A stretch of DNA of 64,000 nt from an uncultured Actinomycetota bacterium (GTDB lineage: Bacteria > Actinomycetota > Actinomycetes > Mycobacteriales > Pseudonocardiaceae), in the NCBI GenBank assembly GCA_963849235.1, contig CAWKGY010000011.1:30606-94605 (forward strand). Direction: 5' to 3'. The translations under genes were made by a program, and so were the position numbers. This document shows positions 9,363-18,787 of the stretch, in pieces. How positions within the stretch are numbered: the stretch's first letter is position 1; every line of letters begins with the position of its first letter. The notes under the pieces were generated by a model. The model was not told where the DNA came from. It was given only the letters and a program-made list of their open reading frames with translations, and ran no database searches.

Positions 9363-10376
9363 ATGTTCTTCCACGTGCAGCGCATGATCAACGAGATCGA
9401 GTCCGACGAGCCGGACCCCGCAGCGGCCAACGCCCTGCAGGAGGGTCTCGGCGGCCAGTTCGGCGAGATGCGCACGATGATGCAGTACCTGTTCCAGAGC
9501 TTCAATTTCCGGGGCCCGACGGCGAAGCCTTTCCGTGACCTGCTCTACGGCGTCGGGACCGAGGAGATCGGCCACGTCGAGCTCATCGCGACCACGATCG
9601 CCCGCCTCCTCGACGGGTCGCCGCGCTATCAGGGCAGCAACTCCGACCCGCTGGACCAGGCCGGTGCCGGCGGCGCCACGCCGCTCTCGCTGGCCCTGTC
9701 CGGCGGCAACATCCACCACTGGCTGGTCGGCGCCCAGGGCGCACTGCCGGTCGACGCGCAGGGTGACCCCTGGACCGGGAAGTACGTCTACGACAGCGGG
9801 AACCTGCCGCTGAACCTGCTCTACAACCTCATGCTCGAGTCGACCGGACGCCTGCAGAAGTGCCGGCTCTACGAGATGACGGCCAACAAGACCGCGCGCT
9901 CGACGATCGCCTACCTGATCGTGCGCGACCAGGCCCACGAGAACGCCTACGCGAAGGCCCTCGAGGCACTCGGCGTGCAGTGGAACAAGCTGCTGCCGAT
10001 CCCGAAGACCAACGCCGAGCGCTTCCCCGAGGTCAAGACGCTGCTCGACCAGGGCCTGCAGTCGAAGCAGTACACCTTCAGCCTCGACCAGCTCTCCGAG
10101 GCCGGGAAGATCTACCAGGGCGCCTCACCCTCGAACGACGGCACGTCGCTGTCCACCGAGCAGGCACCCGAGGGCTTCCCCTTCCCGGGGATCGCCCCCG
10201 AGCGGCCGGAGGAGTTCGGCCCCGGGCTGGACGCCGAGCTCATGGAGCTCGTCCAGGCCACCGCCGAGATGGAGATGACCGAGACCGCCGCCCCGATCTG
10301 GGGCGCGGCCGACGGCAGCACCAACGGTCACGGCAACGGGACCTTCGGCAAGGTGAAGGAGAAGCTCACCCCCTGA
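9363..10376 (+). CDS. Manganese catalase family protein
   Basis: LQEGLGGQFGEMRTMMQY, GTEEIGHVE, RDQAHENAY. Confidence 0.92.
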   Translation: MFFHVQRMINEIESDEPDPAAANALQEGLGGQFGEMRTMMQYLFQSFNFRGPTAKPFRDLLYGVGTEEIGHVELIATTIARLLDGSPRYQGSNSDPLDQAGAGGATPLSLALSGGNIHHWLVGAQGALPVDAQGDPWTGKYVYDSGNLPLNLLYNLMLESTGRLQKCRLYEMTANKTARSTIAYLIVRDQAHENAYAKALEALGVQWNKLLPIPKTNAERFPEVKTLLDQGLQSKQYTFSLDQLSEAGKIYQGASPSNDGTSLSTEQAPEGFPFPGIAPERPEEFGPGLDAELMELVQATAEMEMTETAAPIWGAADGSTNGHGNGTFGKVKEKLTP

Positions 10377-10403
10377 TCCGGTCCCCCCGGATCCGGTCCT
10401 GGG

Positions 10404-10446
10404 CGCCCCGGGCGCCGGCGGGCACGTCCCGCCGGTTCCCGGGGCG
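10404..10446. terminator. Stem-loop between convergent genes (probable bidirectional terminator)
   Basis: Nested stems CGCCCCGGG/CCCGGGGCG and CCGGCGGG/CCCGCCGG. Confidence 0.55.
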
Positions 10447-10481
10447 TTCGCGCGTCCGGACGTCGGTGGGCGGCCCGGCCC

Positions 10482-11528
10482 TCACACCCGGTGGACCGGA
10501 CCCGCCAACCCGTTGACGGCCCCGTGGAACACCCGCGGGAGCCACCCGGCCACGGGGACGACGGCCCGGCGGGCCAGGGCCGGTCGGGTGCCGGCCAGCA
10601 GTGACCCGGTCATCCAGCGGTAGCGCCGCGTGAGGCGGACCCAGTCCCGCTCGTAGCGCTGCGGCTCCCCGTCGAGGATCGCGCGCACGGCCGCGTCGGC
10701 CTGGGCGAACGCCAGCGCCAGGCCCTCCCCGGTGAGCGCGTCGAGGTAGCCCGCCGCGTCCCCGACGAGCAGGACCCGGCCCGCCACCCGCCGTCGGGTC
10801 TCCTGGCGCAGCGGGCCGGCGCCGCGGACCTCGTCGGCCGGCTCGCTGCCGTGCAGCAGGTCCGCGAGCTCCGGGAGCGTCCGCACCCGGGCGTCGAAGG
10901 AGCCCTTGGTCGCGGCGAGGACCGCGACGTTGACCAGGTCCGCGGCGACCGGGGTCACGTACGCCTCGACGTCGCGGCCCCAGTGCACCTCGACGTAGGG
11001 CGACCACGGGGCGACGTGGAAGTGGCGACGCAGCCCGAACCGCGGGTGACGGGCGACGGGGCCCCGCAGGCCGAGGGCGCGGCGCGTCGGCGAGTGCAGT
11101 CCGTCGGCGGCGACGAGGTGGCGCGCGCGGGCACCGTCGACGATCACCCCCGCGTCGTCCTGGCCCACCCAGGAGACCGACCGGGCCTCGATGCGGACGC
11201 CCGCCGCGACCGCCGCCGCTCGCAGCCCGTCGTGCAGCGTCGTGCGGCGGATCCCGCGGCCCGGGCCGTCGTCGAAGTCCGCGTCGGCCGACCGCCCGGC
11301 CCCGACGTAGCGGATACCGCGGAAGGGATGGCCGGCCGGGTCGACCCCCAGGCCCTGCAGGGCGCGCAGGGCCCCGGGCATGAGCCCCTCACCGCAGGCC
11401 TTGTCGACCGTGCCCGGGCGGGGTTCCCACACCTCGACGTCGAGGCCGGCGCGTGCGGCGTGCAGGGCGGTGACCAGACCCGCGGGCCCGCCGCCGGCGA
11501 CGAGCAGGTCGATCACGGGCGGTGTCAC
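10482..11528 (-). CDS. FAD-dependent monooxygenase/oxidoreductase (SrsC/AgqC-like hydroxylase)
   Basis: VAGGGPAG, DKACGEG, AADGLHS, LVGDAAGYLDALTGEG. GTGA overlap with the upstream gene. Confidence 0.87.
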   Translation of the reverse strand: MTPPVIDLLVAGGGPAGLVTALHAARAGLDVEVWEPRPGTVDKACGEGLMPGALRALQGLGVDPAGHPFRGIRYVGAGRSADADFDDGPGRGIRRTTLHDGLRAAAVAAGVRIEARSVSWVGQDDAGVIVDGARARHLVAADGLHSPTRRALGLRGPVARHPRFGLRRHFHVAPWSPYVEVHWGRDVEAYVTPVAADLVNVAVLAATKGSFDARVRTLPELADLLHGSEPADEVRGAGPLRQETRRRVAGRVLLVGDAAGYLDALTGEGLALAFAQADAAVRAILDGEPQRYERDWVRLTRRYRWMTGSLLAGTRPALARRAVVPVAGWLPRVFHGAVNGLAGPVHRV

Positions 11529-12073
11529 GCGGACGGTTCCATCCGGGGGGCGGGCGCCTGCGCGGCCCACCGCAGGGCACGACGCTCGGCGCGCACACGG
11601 ACCGTCAGCAGGCCGGCGTCCAGCACCGTGAAGGCCGCCGCGGTGATCCACGCGCCGTGCACCAGCGGGAGCGCCACGCCCTCGATCACGACGACGACGT
11701 AGTTCGGGTGGGCCAGGAACCGGTAGGGCCCGGAGGTCACCGGCGCCGAGCCGGGCACCACGATCACCCGGGTGTTCCACCGCGGCCCGAGCGCGCGCAT
11801 GCACCAGAACCGCACGGCCTGGCAGCCGGCGACCAGGACGAGCATCGGGATCCCGAGCGCCGGCACGAACGGGCGGTCGGCGATCCAGGTCTCGGCCACG
11901 CACCCGACCAGCAGCCCGGTGTGCAGCACCACCATGACCGGGTAGTGGCCGCGCCCGGTCTCGACGCCGCCCCGGGCCAGCGCCCATGCGGCGTGGCGCT
12001 TCGAGACCGCCACCTCGACCAGCCGCTCGAGACCGACGGCGGCGATCAGCAGCGTGTAGGGCACCGCGCTCAT
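11525..12073 (-). CDS. Isoprenylcysteine carboxyl methyltransferase family (SrsB/AgqB-like)
   Basis: ERLVE, HYPVMVVLH, LGPRWNTRVIV, GPYRFLAHPNY. ATGA overlap with the PKS stop. Confidence 0.9.
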   Translation of the reverse strand: MSAVPYTLLIAAVGLERLVEVAVSKRHAAWALARGGVETGRGHYPVMVVLHTGLLVGCVAETWIADRPFVPALGIPMLVLVAGCQAVRFWCMRALGPRWNTRVIVVPGSAPVTSGPYRFLAHPNYVVVVIEGVALPLVHGAWITAAAFTVLDAGLLTVRVRAERRALRWAAQAPAPRMEPSA

Positions 12074-13146
12074 GCGGGCGCCCGCAGCAGGACCAGCTCG
12101 GAGCAGAACCCGGGACCCATCGCCAGCATCAGGCCGTAGGACCCGGGGCGCGGCGGCCGGGACTCGAGGGTGTCCGCCAGGACGTGGAGCACCGAGGCCG
12201 AGGACAGGTTGCCGATGCGCCGCAGCGAGTCCCACGTGACGCCGAGCGCGGCACGGTCGACCCCGAGGGCCTCCTGGAGGGCCTCGAGCACCTTGGGGCC
12301 GCCGGGGTGGGCGACGTACCACTCGACGTCGTCGTGACCCAGGCCGTGGTCGGCGAGGAAGCGGCGGGCGTCGTCGCCCAGGTACCGGCGCACCACGTCG
12401 GGGACCGCCCCGTCGAGGACGATCTTGAACCCGCCCGCGCCGATGTCCCAGCCCATGGTGCGTTCGGAGTCGGGGTAGAGCCGGCTGCGGGCGGCGAGGA
12501 CCTCCGGCTGGACGCGGTCGGCGTCCACGAGCCCCGCGGCGCGCCGCGCACCGACCGCCACGACCGCCGCGGCCCCGTCGCCGAACAGGCCGCTGGCGAC
12601 CAGGTTGGGCAACGAGGCGTCGTCGCGCTGCAGGGTCAGGGAGCAGAGCTCGACGCACATCAGCACGGCGACGGCGTCGGGGTGGCCGACGAGGTGGTCG
12701 TGCAGCCGGGCCACGCCCGCGGCGCCCGCCACGCAGCCGAGCCCGACGAGGGGCATCCGCACCACGTCGTCGCGCATCCCGGTCAGCGCGGCGACCCGGG
12801 CGTCGAGGGAGGGCACGGCGAGCCCGGTGACCGTCGCGGAGACGACGAGGTCGACGTCGGACGGCGAGAGGTCGACCGCCTTGAGGGCGTCGACGACCGC
12901 GCGGGCGCCGAGCTCCACGCCCGCGGCGATGAAGGCGTCGTTGGACTCCCCGAAGTCGCGCAGCGCGCCGTAGCGCTCCAGCGCCAGCGCGGTGTGGCGG
13001 GTCTCGACCCCCGCGTTGCGGTGGAACCGCTCGACGACCGCCCGCTCGACGTCGGCGGTGACCATCGAGGACAGGAAGGACTCGGTGATCTCCGCCTGGC
13101 GGTAGCGGTGCTCGGGGAGGGCGCCCCGGACGCTCAGGATGCGCAC
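12070..13146 (-). CDS. Type III polyketide synthase (alkylresorcinol/alkylpyrone type, SrsA/AgqA-like)
   Basis: Catalytic triad GLGCVAG, AHPGG, GNLSSAS; also LFGDGA and AMGPGF. Confidence 0.95.
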   Translation of the reverse strand: MRILSVRGALPEHRYRQAEITESFLSSMVTADVERAVVERFHRNAGVETRHTALALERYGALRDFGESNDAFIAAGVELGARAVVDALKAVDLSPSDVDLVVSATVTGLAVPSLDARVAALTGMRDDVVRMPLVGLGCVAGAAGVARLHDHLVGHPDAVAVLMCVELCSLTLQRDDASLPNLVASGLFGDGAAAVVAVGARRAAGLVDADRVQPEVLAARSRLYPDSERTMGWDIGAGGFKIVLDGAVPDVVRRYLGDDARRFLADHGLGHDDVEWYVAHPGGPKVLEALQEALGVDRAALGVTWDSLRRIGNLSSASVLHVLADTLESRPPRPGSYGLMLAMGPGFCSELVLLRAPA

Positions 13147-14315
13147 GGGCGTCCCTCCTCACCGCGCGGGGCCGGGCTCCCCCGGAGCAGGGCGCCGATC
13201 AGCCCGCCGGCCACGGCCGGGGTGATCCGCCCGCGCGCCAGGCCGAGCTCGACGAGGTCGTCGAAGACCCGTTGGTCCCGGGCCGACGCGCGCAGGCCGG
13301 CGTCGAGCATCGAGGGGCGGCGGGTGAGCCGGGCCGCGGCGGCGGTGTGGCGCAGGTGCGGGAAGAGGTGGGCCCGGGCGGCCCGCCGATAGGCACGCCC
13401 GGCGCTCGCGGGCCGACCCGAGACGAGCGCGCGGGCGGCGGCCCGGCCGGCGGCGATCCCCGTGGCGACGGCGTAGTAGATGCCCTCGCCGGTCAGCGGA
13501 TTCACCAGCCCGGCGGCGTCCCCGACGAGCAGGACCCGTCCGGACGGCGGGCGCCAGCGGGCGCCCGAGAGCGGGAGGTGGTGGCCCAGCCAGTCGCCGC
13601 CGCCGCGGGTCGACCCGGGGAGCAGGTCCTCGAGGCGCGCGATCAGCGCGGCGCGCGGGGGCGCGGGCCGATCGTCGAGCACCTCGCCGTACCCCACGTT
13701 CGCGAGGCCGTCGCCGCGGTCGAACGACCAGGCGTAGCTCGTCCGCCGGCCGGTCCCGAACGCGATGACCTGGGCGGCGGCCCGCGCCGCCGGGACCGGG
13801 GCGTAGCCACGCAGGGCCAGCGCCATCCTGCCCGGCGCGGCCCCCACCGCGCGGCGGACGACCGAGTGCGCCCCGTCCGCGGCGACGACCACCTCGGCGT
13901 CGATCTCGTCGTCGAGCACGACGGCGGCCCGGGGGTCGTCGAGCGCGACCCGGCGGACCCGGTGCCGGACGGGGACGGCGCCGGCCGCGCGGGCCGCTTC
14001 GACGAGCCGGGCGTCGAGGACCCGGCGCGGCACGACGTAGGCCGGCCGGGACATGGTCCGCTCGACCCCGGTGCCGTCGCGGTCCAGGCGCAACCGCGAC
14101 ACCGGCACCCGGTCGTCGAGCAGGCCGGTGACCCCGACCTCGGCGAGCCGGTCGAGCACCTGCCCGGCCACGCCGTCGCCGCAGGCCTTGTCCCGGGGGA
14201 AGTCGGCGCGGTCGAGCAGCGCCACCCGCAGGCCCGGGGCGGCGTACCTGGCGGCGAGGGCCGCGGCGGTGCCGGCCGGCCCGGCCCCGACCACGGCGAG
14301 ATCCCAGGTCGCCAT
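13134..14315 (-). CDS. Geranylgeranyl reductase family flavoprotein
   Basis: VGAGPAG, FPRDKACGDG, AADGAHS, VGDAAGLVNPLTGEGIYYA. Confidence 0.88.
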   Translation of the reverse strand: MATWDLAVVGAGPAGTAAALAARYAAPGLRVALLDRADFPRDKACGDGVAGQVLDRLAEVGVTGLLDDRVPVSRLRLDRDGTGVERTMSRPAYVVPRRVLDARLVEAARAAGAVPVRHRVRRVALDDPRAAVVLDDEIDAEVVVAADGAHSVVRRAVGAAPGRMALALRGYAPVPAARAAAQVIAFGTGRRTSYAWSFDRGDGLANVGYGEVLDDRPAPPRAALIARLEDLLPGSTRGGGDWLGHHLPLSGARWRPPSGRVLLVGDAAGLVNPLTGEGIYYAVATGIAAGRAAARALVSGRPASAGRAYRRAARAHLFPHLRHTAAAARLTRRPSMLDAGLRASARDQRVFDDLVELGLARGRITPAVAGGLIGALLRGSPAPRGEEGRPCAS

Positions 14316-15178
14316 CAGCCGGCCGCCACGATCAGCACGACGTCGAGCAGGGCGATCCCCATGGCCGCCCGGAACGGCCACCGGGCCCGGCCGGTCAGCG
14401 TGACCACCCCGAGCCCGACGACGAGCACCACCCCGACGACGAGGAGCACGGCCCGGGCCCCGCCCGGCGGGTCGACCTGTCCCGTCACCAGCGGACCGCC
14501 GGCGGCCAGCACCGACGCGCCGACCAGGAGCCCGGCCGCCAGCCCTCGCGACCCCCGCTCCCCCAGCCGGTGGGGCAGCCCCCGGACCCCGGTGCGCAGG
14601 TCGTCGGCGAGGTCGGGCAGCGCATTGACGACGTGGGCCCCGACCCCGAGGGCCGCGCCGGCCGCCGTCATCCACCACGGCGGCCACACCGGGTGCGCCC
14701 CCGCGAGGAAGGCCACCGCCGGCAGGGCGCCGAACGCCACGGCGAAGGGCACCCACGAGAACCAGGTGCGCTTGAGGCCGGCGTTGTAGGCGTGCGCCGC
14801 GACCAGGGCGACCAGGAGGTGGGCGACCGCGCTGCGCCACCCCGCCGCGAGCGACAGGCCGACGCAGGCGACGGCGGCCACCCCGAGGGCCGCGGCCACC
14901 GTCCCGGCCGTGACCTCCCCCGTCGCCAGCGGCTTGTCGGCCCGCGCGACGGTGCGGTCACGGCGGGCGTCGAGCAGGTCGTTCGCCCAGCCCACCGTGA
15001 GCTGCCCGGCCAGCACCGCGAGCGCGACGACGACCACGGTCCGGCCCGGCAGACCGGCGTCGACCGCGAGCAGCGCGGCGACCACGGTCACGGCCGCCGC
15101 GGGTCCGGGGTGGGACGCGACGGCCAGACCGACGACGGGGCCGCGGACGCGGGTGGCGGGCGGCGCGGTCGTCGTCAT
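14315..15178 (-). CDS. UbiA family prenyltransferase
   Basis: Multi-pass membrane protein with Asp-rich motifs NDLLDARRD and NALPDLADD. TGATG overlap with the next gene. Confidence 0.88.
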   Translation of the reverse strand: MTTTAPPATRVRGPVVGLAVASHPGPAAAVTVVAALLAVDAGLPGRTVVVVALAVLAGQLTVGWANDLLDARRDRTVARADKPLATGEVTAGTVAAALGVAAVACVGLSLAAGWRSAVAHLLVALVAAHAYNAGLKRTWFSWVPFAVAFGALPAVAFLAGAHPVWPPWWMTAAGAALGVGAHVVNALPDLADDLRTGVRGLPHRLGERGSRGLAAGLLVGASVLAAGGPLVTGQVDPPGGARAVLLVVGVVLVVGLGVVTLTGRARWPFRAAMGIALLDVVLIVAAG

Positions 15179-16230
15179 GGCCGCCGCCGCTGCGCGACCG
15201 ACCCGTGGCGCACCGCGTCGCCGACCGTCGCCGCGACGGTGCGCGGTCGCAACGAGGGGGTGGAGCCGGACGCCGCCGTGCGCAGCCCCTCGACGACCTC
15301 GCGGAAGACCGTGATCCCGTCCTTGCCCGGCGACCAGCCCAGCTCGCGGCGGGCCCGCCCGGCGTCGAGCAGCGGGAGGGCGAACGCCATGTCCACCCAG
15401 CCGGTGTCGAGGGGCTGCAGGTGCAGGTTCCAGCCGGCCGAGACCACCGTCCGCAGGACCGCGGAGGGCACGTGCACCAGCCGCGCGCCCAGCGCCGCGG
15501 CGATGTCGGGCGCCGTCACGGGCGGGTCGGCCGTCAGGTTGAACGCCCCTCCCGCCTCCCGCGCGAGGACCCGCGCGACGGCGTCGGCCACGTCGTCGGC
15601 GTGCACCAGCGGGATCCGCAGCCCGCGGTCGAGGGGCACCACGGGCAGCCACCCGATCGCCCGGGCGGGCACGAGCCCCGGGACGCCGTAGCGCAGCAGG
15701 GCGCTGCCCGCCGCGGACTGGCCCACGATCGCCGGGCGCAGGCGCGTGATCGTCGGGACCGTCCCGCGCGCCTCGAGCTCGTCGAGGATCCGCTCGGCGG
15801 CGACCTTGTGCCTGCTGTAGCGCGAGGTCCGGACACCGCCGGTCGGCCACGTCTCGTCGACCGGGGTGTCGTCCTGTCGCGGCGAGTAGGCGCCGAGCGA
15901 GGACATGTGCACCAGGTGCCGCACCCCCACCGACGCCACCGCCTCCGCGACCCGGCGGGTGCCGCCCACCCCCAGCTCGCGCAGGTAGGCCAGGTCGTGG
16001 GAGGGCTGGAAGCCCCACGCCAGGTGCACGACGGCATCGGCGCCGGAGAAGGCGTCCTCGAGCTCGCCCGGCGCGACCCGGGTCAGGTCGACCGAGGTCC
16101 ACCGCACGGCCGGGTCGGACGTCCCCGGCACCCGGCGGGCCAGCCCGTGCAGTTCGTGGTCGTCGCGCGCCAGACGGCGCAGGACCGCCGTGCCGACGTT
16201 GCCGGTCGCGCCCGTGATCGCGATCCGCAT
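15175..16230 (-). CDS. NAD-dependent epimerase/dehydratase family protein
   Basis: ITGATGNVG, VVHLAW, SSLGAY, YSRHK. ATGA overlap with UbiA. Confidence 0.87.
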   Translation of the reverse strand: MRIAITGATGNVGTAVLRRLARDDHELHGLARRVPGTSDPAVRWTSVDLTRVAPGELEDAFSGADAVVHLAWGFQPSHDLAYLRELGVGGTRRVAEAVASVGVRHLVHMSSLGAYSPRQDDTPVDETWPTGGVRTSRYSRHKVAAERILDELEARGTVPTITRLRPAIVGQSAAGSALLRYGVPGLVPARAIGWLPVVPLDRGLRIPLVHADDVADAVARVLAREAGGAFNLTADPPVTAPDIAAALGARLVHVPSAVLRTVVSAGWNLHLQPLDTGWVDMAFALPLLDAGRARRELGWSPGKDGITVFREVVEGLRTAASGSTPSLRPRTVAATVGDAVRHGSVAQRRRP

Positions 16231-16382
16231 CTGCCCTCCGGGAGCCGCGCGCTGGGAGTACTGCGCGCCACCGGGTCCCGGGCGGCCGCCGGCCGGGACC
16301 TGGTCCCTGCTCGGCGTCGTCGAAGCTACGACCCGCCGACCCGCCCTGCAAACGCGAGCGGGACGGGCCGGGCGCGGCGGCG

Positions 16383-17033
16383 CTAGCGGGGGCCGCGGTC
16401 GAGCAGGCGGCCGGTGGCCGCGAGCTCCTCGTCGAGGACCTCGGTCAGCAGCGCGACCAGGCGGGCCTCCCGGTCGGCGGGGTCGAGCGGGGCGAGCAAC
16501 GCGTCCAGGCGGCGCAGCACGGCCCGGAGCGAGACGGTCGGCCAGGGGGCGGCCACCCGCGCGCGGACCGGGGCGGTGGCCACCCCGAGCAGCCGCCGCC
16601 AGGGCACGGCCCCGGTGTGCAGGGCCCGGTCCAGCATCCGGGCGACGTCCAGGCGCGCCCCGGTGAGCGCACCGAGTCGACGGGTGCCCACCGACACGGC
16701 ACGGGCGAGCACGGCGTCGGCCGGATCGAGCTCCAGGCCGGCGGCGGCACAGGCCGTCATCGTGGCGGCGTGCACCGCGGCGTCCCGACGACCGGTCCCG
16801 ACGAGGGCCGGGGCCAGCATGACCAGCCGCGTGCGGGTGCGCTCGCCCACCGCGTCGTCCACGTGGCGGGCCAGGGCGGCCAGCGCGGGGTGGGTACACC
16901 GGGGGCGGACGCCGAACCGCTCGCCGCCCAGCACCGAGACGTACTCCATGAGGCACGCCCCCGCCGTGGGATGCCGGTGCCGGCCCCGGTCGGGCAGCGG
17001 CATCCCCCAGGGCACCCGCGTGACGTCCTCCAT
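16383..17033 (-). CDS. Hypothetical protein with N-terminal Cys/His motif
   Basis: GRH..P..GACLMEY.S.LGGE.F...PRCTHP.LA.LAR.VDD resembles a motif I recall from actinobacterial hypothetical proteins. GAGGGGG RBS. Confidence 0.65.
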   Translation of the reverse strand: MEDVTRVPWGMPLPDRGRHRHPTAGACLMEYVSVLGGERFGVRPRCTHPALAALARHVDDAVGERTRTRLVMLAPALVGTGRRDAAVHAATMTACAAAGLELDPADAVLARAVSVGTRRLGALTGARLDVARMLDRALHTGAVPWRRLLGVATAPVRARVAAPWPTVSLRAVLRRLDALLAPLDPADREARLVALLTEVLDEELAATGRLLDRGPR

Positions 17034-17367
17034 GGCGGGGCCCCCTCGATCAGCGCAAGTTCACGGGCTGCCGGGGCCGGGGCAGCGCTTCCGGGCCACG
17101 CTGCCATCCCGGGACGGTGGTGTCGACGCGGCGGCGGGCGCACCCGGATGCCCGGTTCGGGTCGCCCTCGGGGGTGGCGAGGGTTGCGTTTCGCCGCGGG
17201 CGGAGCAGGATAGTCCGACCAGGCCCGTCGTCCTGAGCTGAACGTTCCAGCGGCGAGGCGCGTCGAGAGGCCCGTTCGAGGGCAGCCGACGCTTCCGGCG
17301 TCCCGGACCCGACGCCCGGCACCTCCTCGGCCCGAGGGGATGCCGACGGTCCGGAGACGGAAGCAGG

Positions 17368-17685
17368 GTGACGGCAGTGACGGGGACGATCACACCGGTG
17401 GAGCCCGGGCCACCGCCCGGCGAGGTCCCCGACGACGCCGTGCTGGCGCGGGTCCGTGGGGGTGACCCGCAGGCCCTCGAGGAGCTCTACGACCGCTTCG
17501 CCGGGCGGGTCTACTCGCTGGCGCACAGCTTCTGCGGGGACGCCGCCGCGGCCGCGGAGGTCACCCACGACGTGTTCCTCGACGTGTGGCGCCGCGGCGA
17601 CGCGGTCGACGCCGTACAGGGGTCCACCGCGAACCGGCTGCTGACCCTGGCCCACGACCGCGCGGTCGCCCGTCGGCGCGACTGA
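17368..17685 (+). CDS. ECF sigma factor region-2-only protein (SigK-like fragment, possibly truncated)
   Basis: GDPQALEELYDRFAGRVYSLA...AAEVTHDVFLDVWR...LLTLAHDRAV. It stops before any region 4. Confidence 0.65.
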   Translation: MTAVTGTITPVEPGPPPGEVPDDAVLARVRGGDPQALEELYDRFAGRVYSLAHSFCGDAAAAAEVTHDVFLDVWRRGDAVDAVQGSTANRLLTLAHDRAVARRRD

Positions 17686-17698
17686 GCGCTCGGGCGTC

Positions 17699-18787
17699 TC
17701 AGGGCAGGAGCAGGAGCACGCCCACGACCAGGATCGCGAGCACGCCGAGCACCACGAGCGCGACACCGAGGCGGCGCAACGTCGGGCTCGGCGGTACGTC
17801 GGGAGTGACGGCGGGGTCCGTGGGCCCGGTCGCCGTGTCGGCGGCCGCGGCCCCGCTCCTCACGTCGAGGACCTCGGTCGCGGTCTCCTCGGGAACCGGG
17901 GCCCGGGCCCTCGCGTCCGCCCGCACCGCCACGACGCGCAGCGCCTCGGCCAGCCCCGCCGCGTCCGGCCGGTCCCCGCGCTCGAGCGCCATCGCCCGCA
18001 GCACCACGTCCTCCAGGCCGACCGACATCCCCGGCGCGACCTGGCGCGGAGGGATCGGCGGCTCGCGGAGACGGCTCGAGGCGACGTCGGCGGACCCGCG
18101 GCCGCGGAAGGGCGGCGACCCGGTGGCCACCTCGTAGAGCGTGCAGCCGAGCGAGTACACGTCGGACCGGCCGTCGAGCGGCTCGCCGCAGACCTGCTCC
18201 GGAGACATGTACGCCGCGGTCCCGACGACCTTCCCGGTCTCGGTGAGCCCCCCGAGGTCCTCGACCTTCGCGATCCCGAAGTCCATGAGCTTCGGCGTCC
18301 CGTCGTCCAGGAGCATGACGTTCGACGGGTTGACGTCACGGTGGACCACGCCGTGGGCGTGCGCGTGGGCCAGCGCCGAGGCGATCGCCGCGCCGACCCG
18401 GGCCACCTCGAGCTCGGGCACCCGCCCCCGTTCCGCGAGCTCGTCGCGCCACGTCCGGCCCCCGAGCAGCTCCATCACGACGTACACCCCGTAGGGCGAG
18501 GCGCCGACGTCGTGGACGGCGACGACGTGCGGATGGCTCAGTCCCGCCGCGGCCCGGGCCTCGTCCTGCAGGCGGCGGGCGTCCGTCTCGTCGTGACGCC
18601 CTCCCGCGGGGAGCAGCTTCACGGCGACGACGCGGCCCAGGCTGCGGTCGTGCGCGCGGTGCACCTCGGCCATCCCACCGTGCCCGAGGAGCTCGACCAG
18701 CTCGTACCGCTCGCCGAGGACGACCCCGTCCCGTGATGCGGACGGCCCGGACTCGATCCCGCCGTCGTCGGTGTACGGCCGGGTCAC
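17699..18787 (-). CDS. Hanks-type Ser/Thr protein kinase with C-terminal membrane anchor
   Basis: GHGGMAEV, VAVK, HRDVNPSN, DFGIA, YMSPEQ, SDVYSLG, then a terminal hydrophobic helix. GTGA-coupled to the upstream gene. Confidence 0.92.
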   Translation of the reverse strand: MTRPYTDDGGIESGPSASRDGVVLGERYELVELLGHGGMAEVHRAHDRSLGRVVAVKLLPAGGRHDETDARRLQDEARAAAGLSHPHVVAVHDVGASPYGVYVVMELLGGRTWRDELAERGRVPELEVARVGAAIASALAHAHAHGVVHRDVNPSNVMLLDDGTPKLMDFGIAKVEDLGGLTETGKVVGTAAYMSPEQVCGEPLDGRSDVYSLGCTLYEVATGSPPFRGRGSADVASSRLREPPIPPRQVAPGMSVGLEDVVLRAMALERGDRPDAAGLAEALRVVAVRADARARAPVPEETATEVLDVRSGAAAADTATGPTDPAVTPDVPPSPTLRRLGVALVVLGVLAILVVGVLLLLP

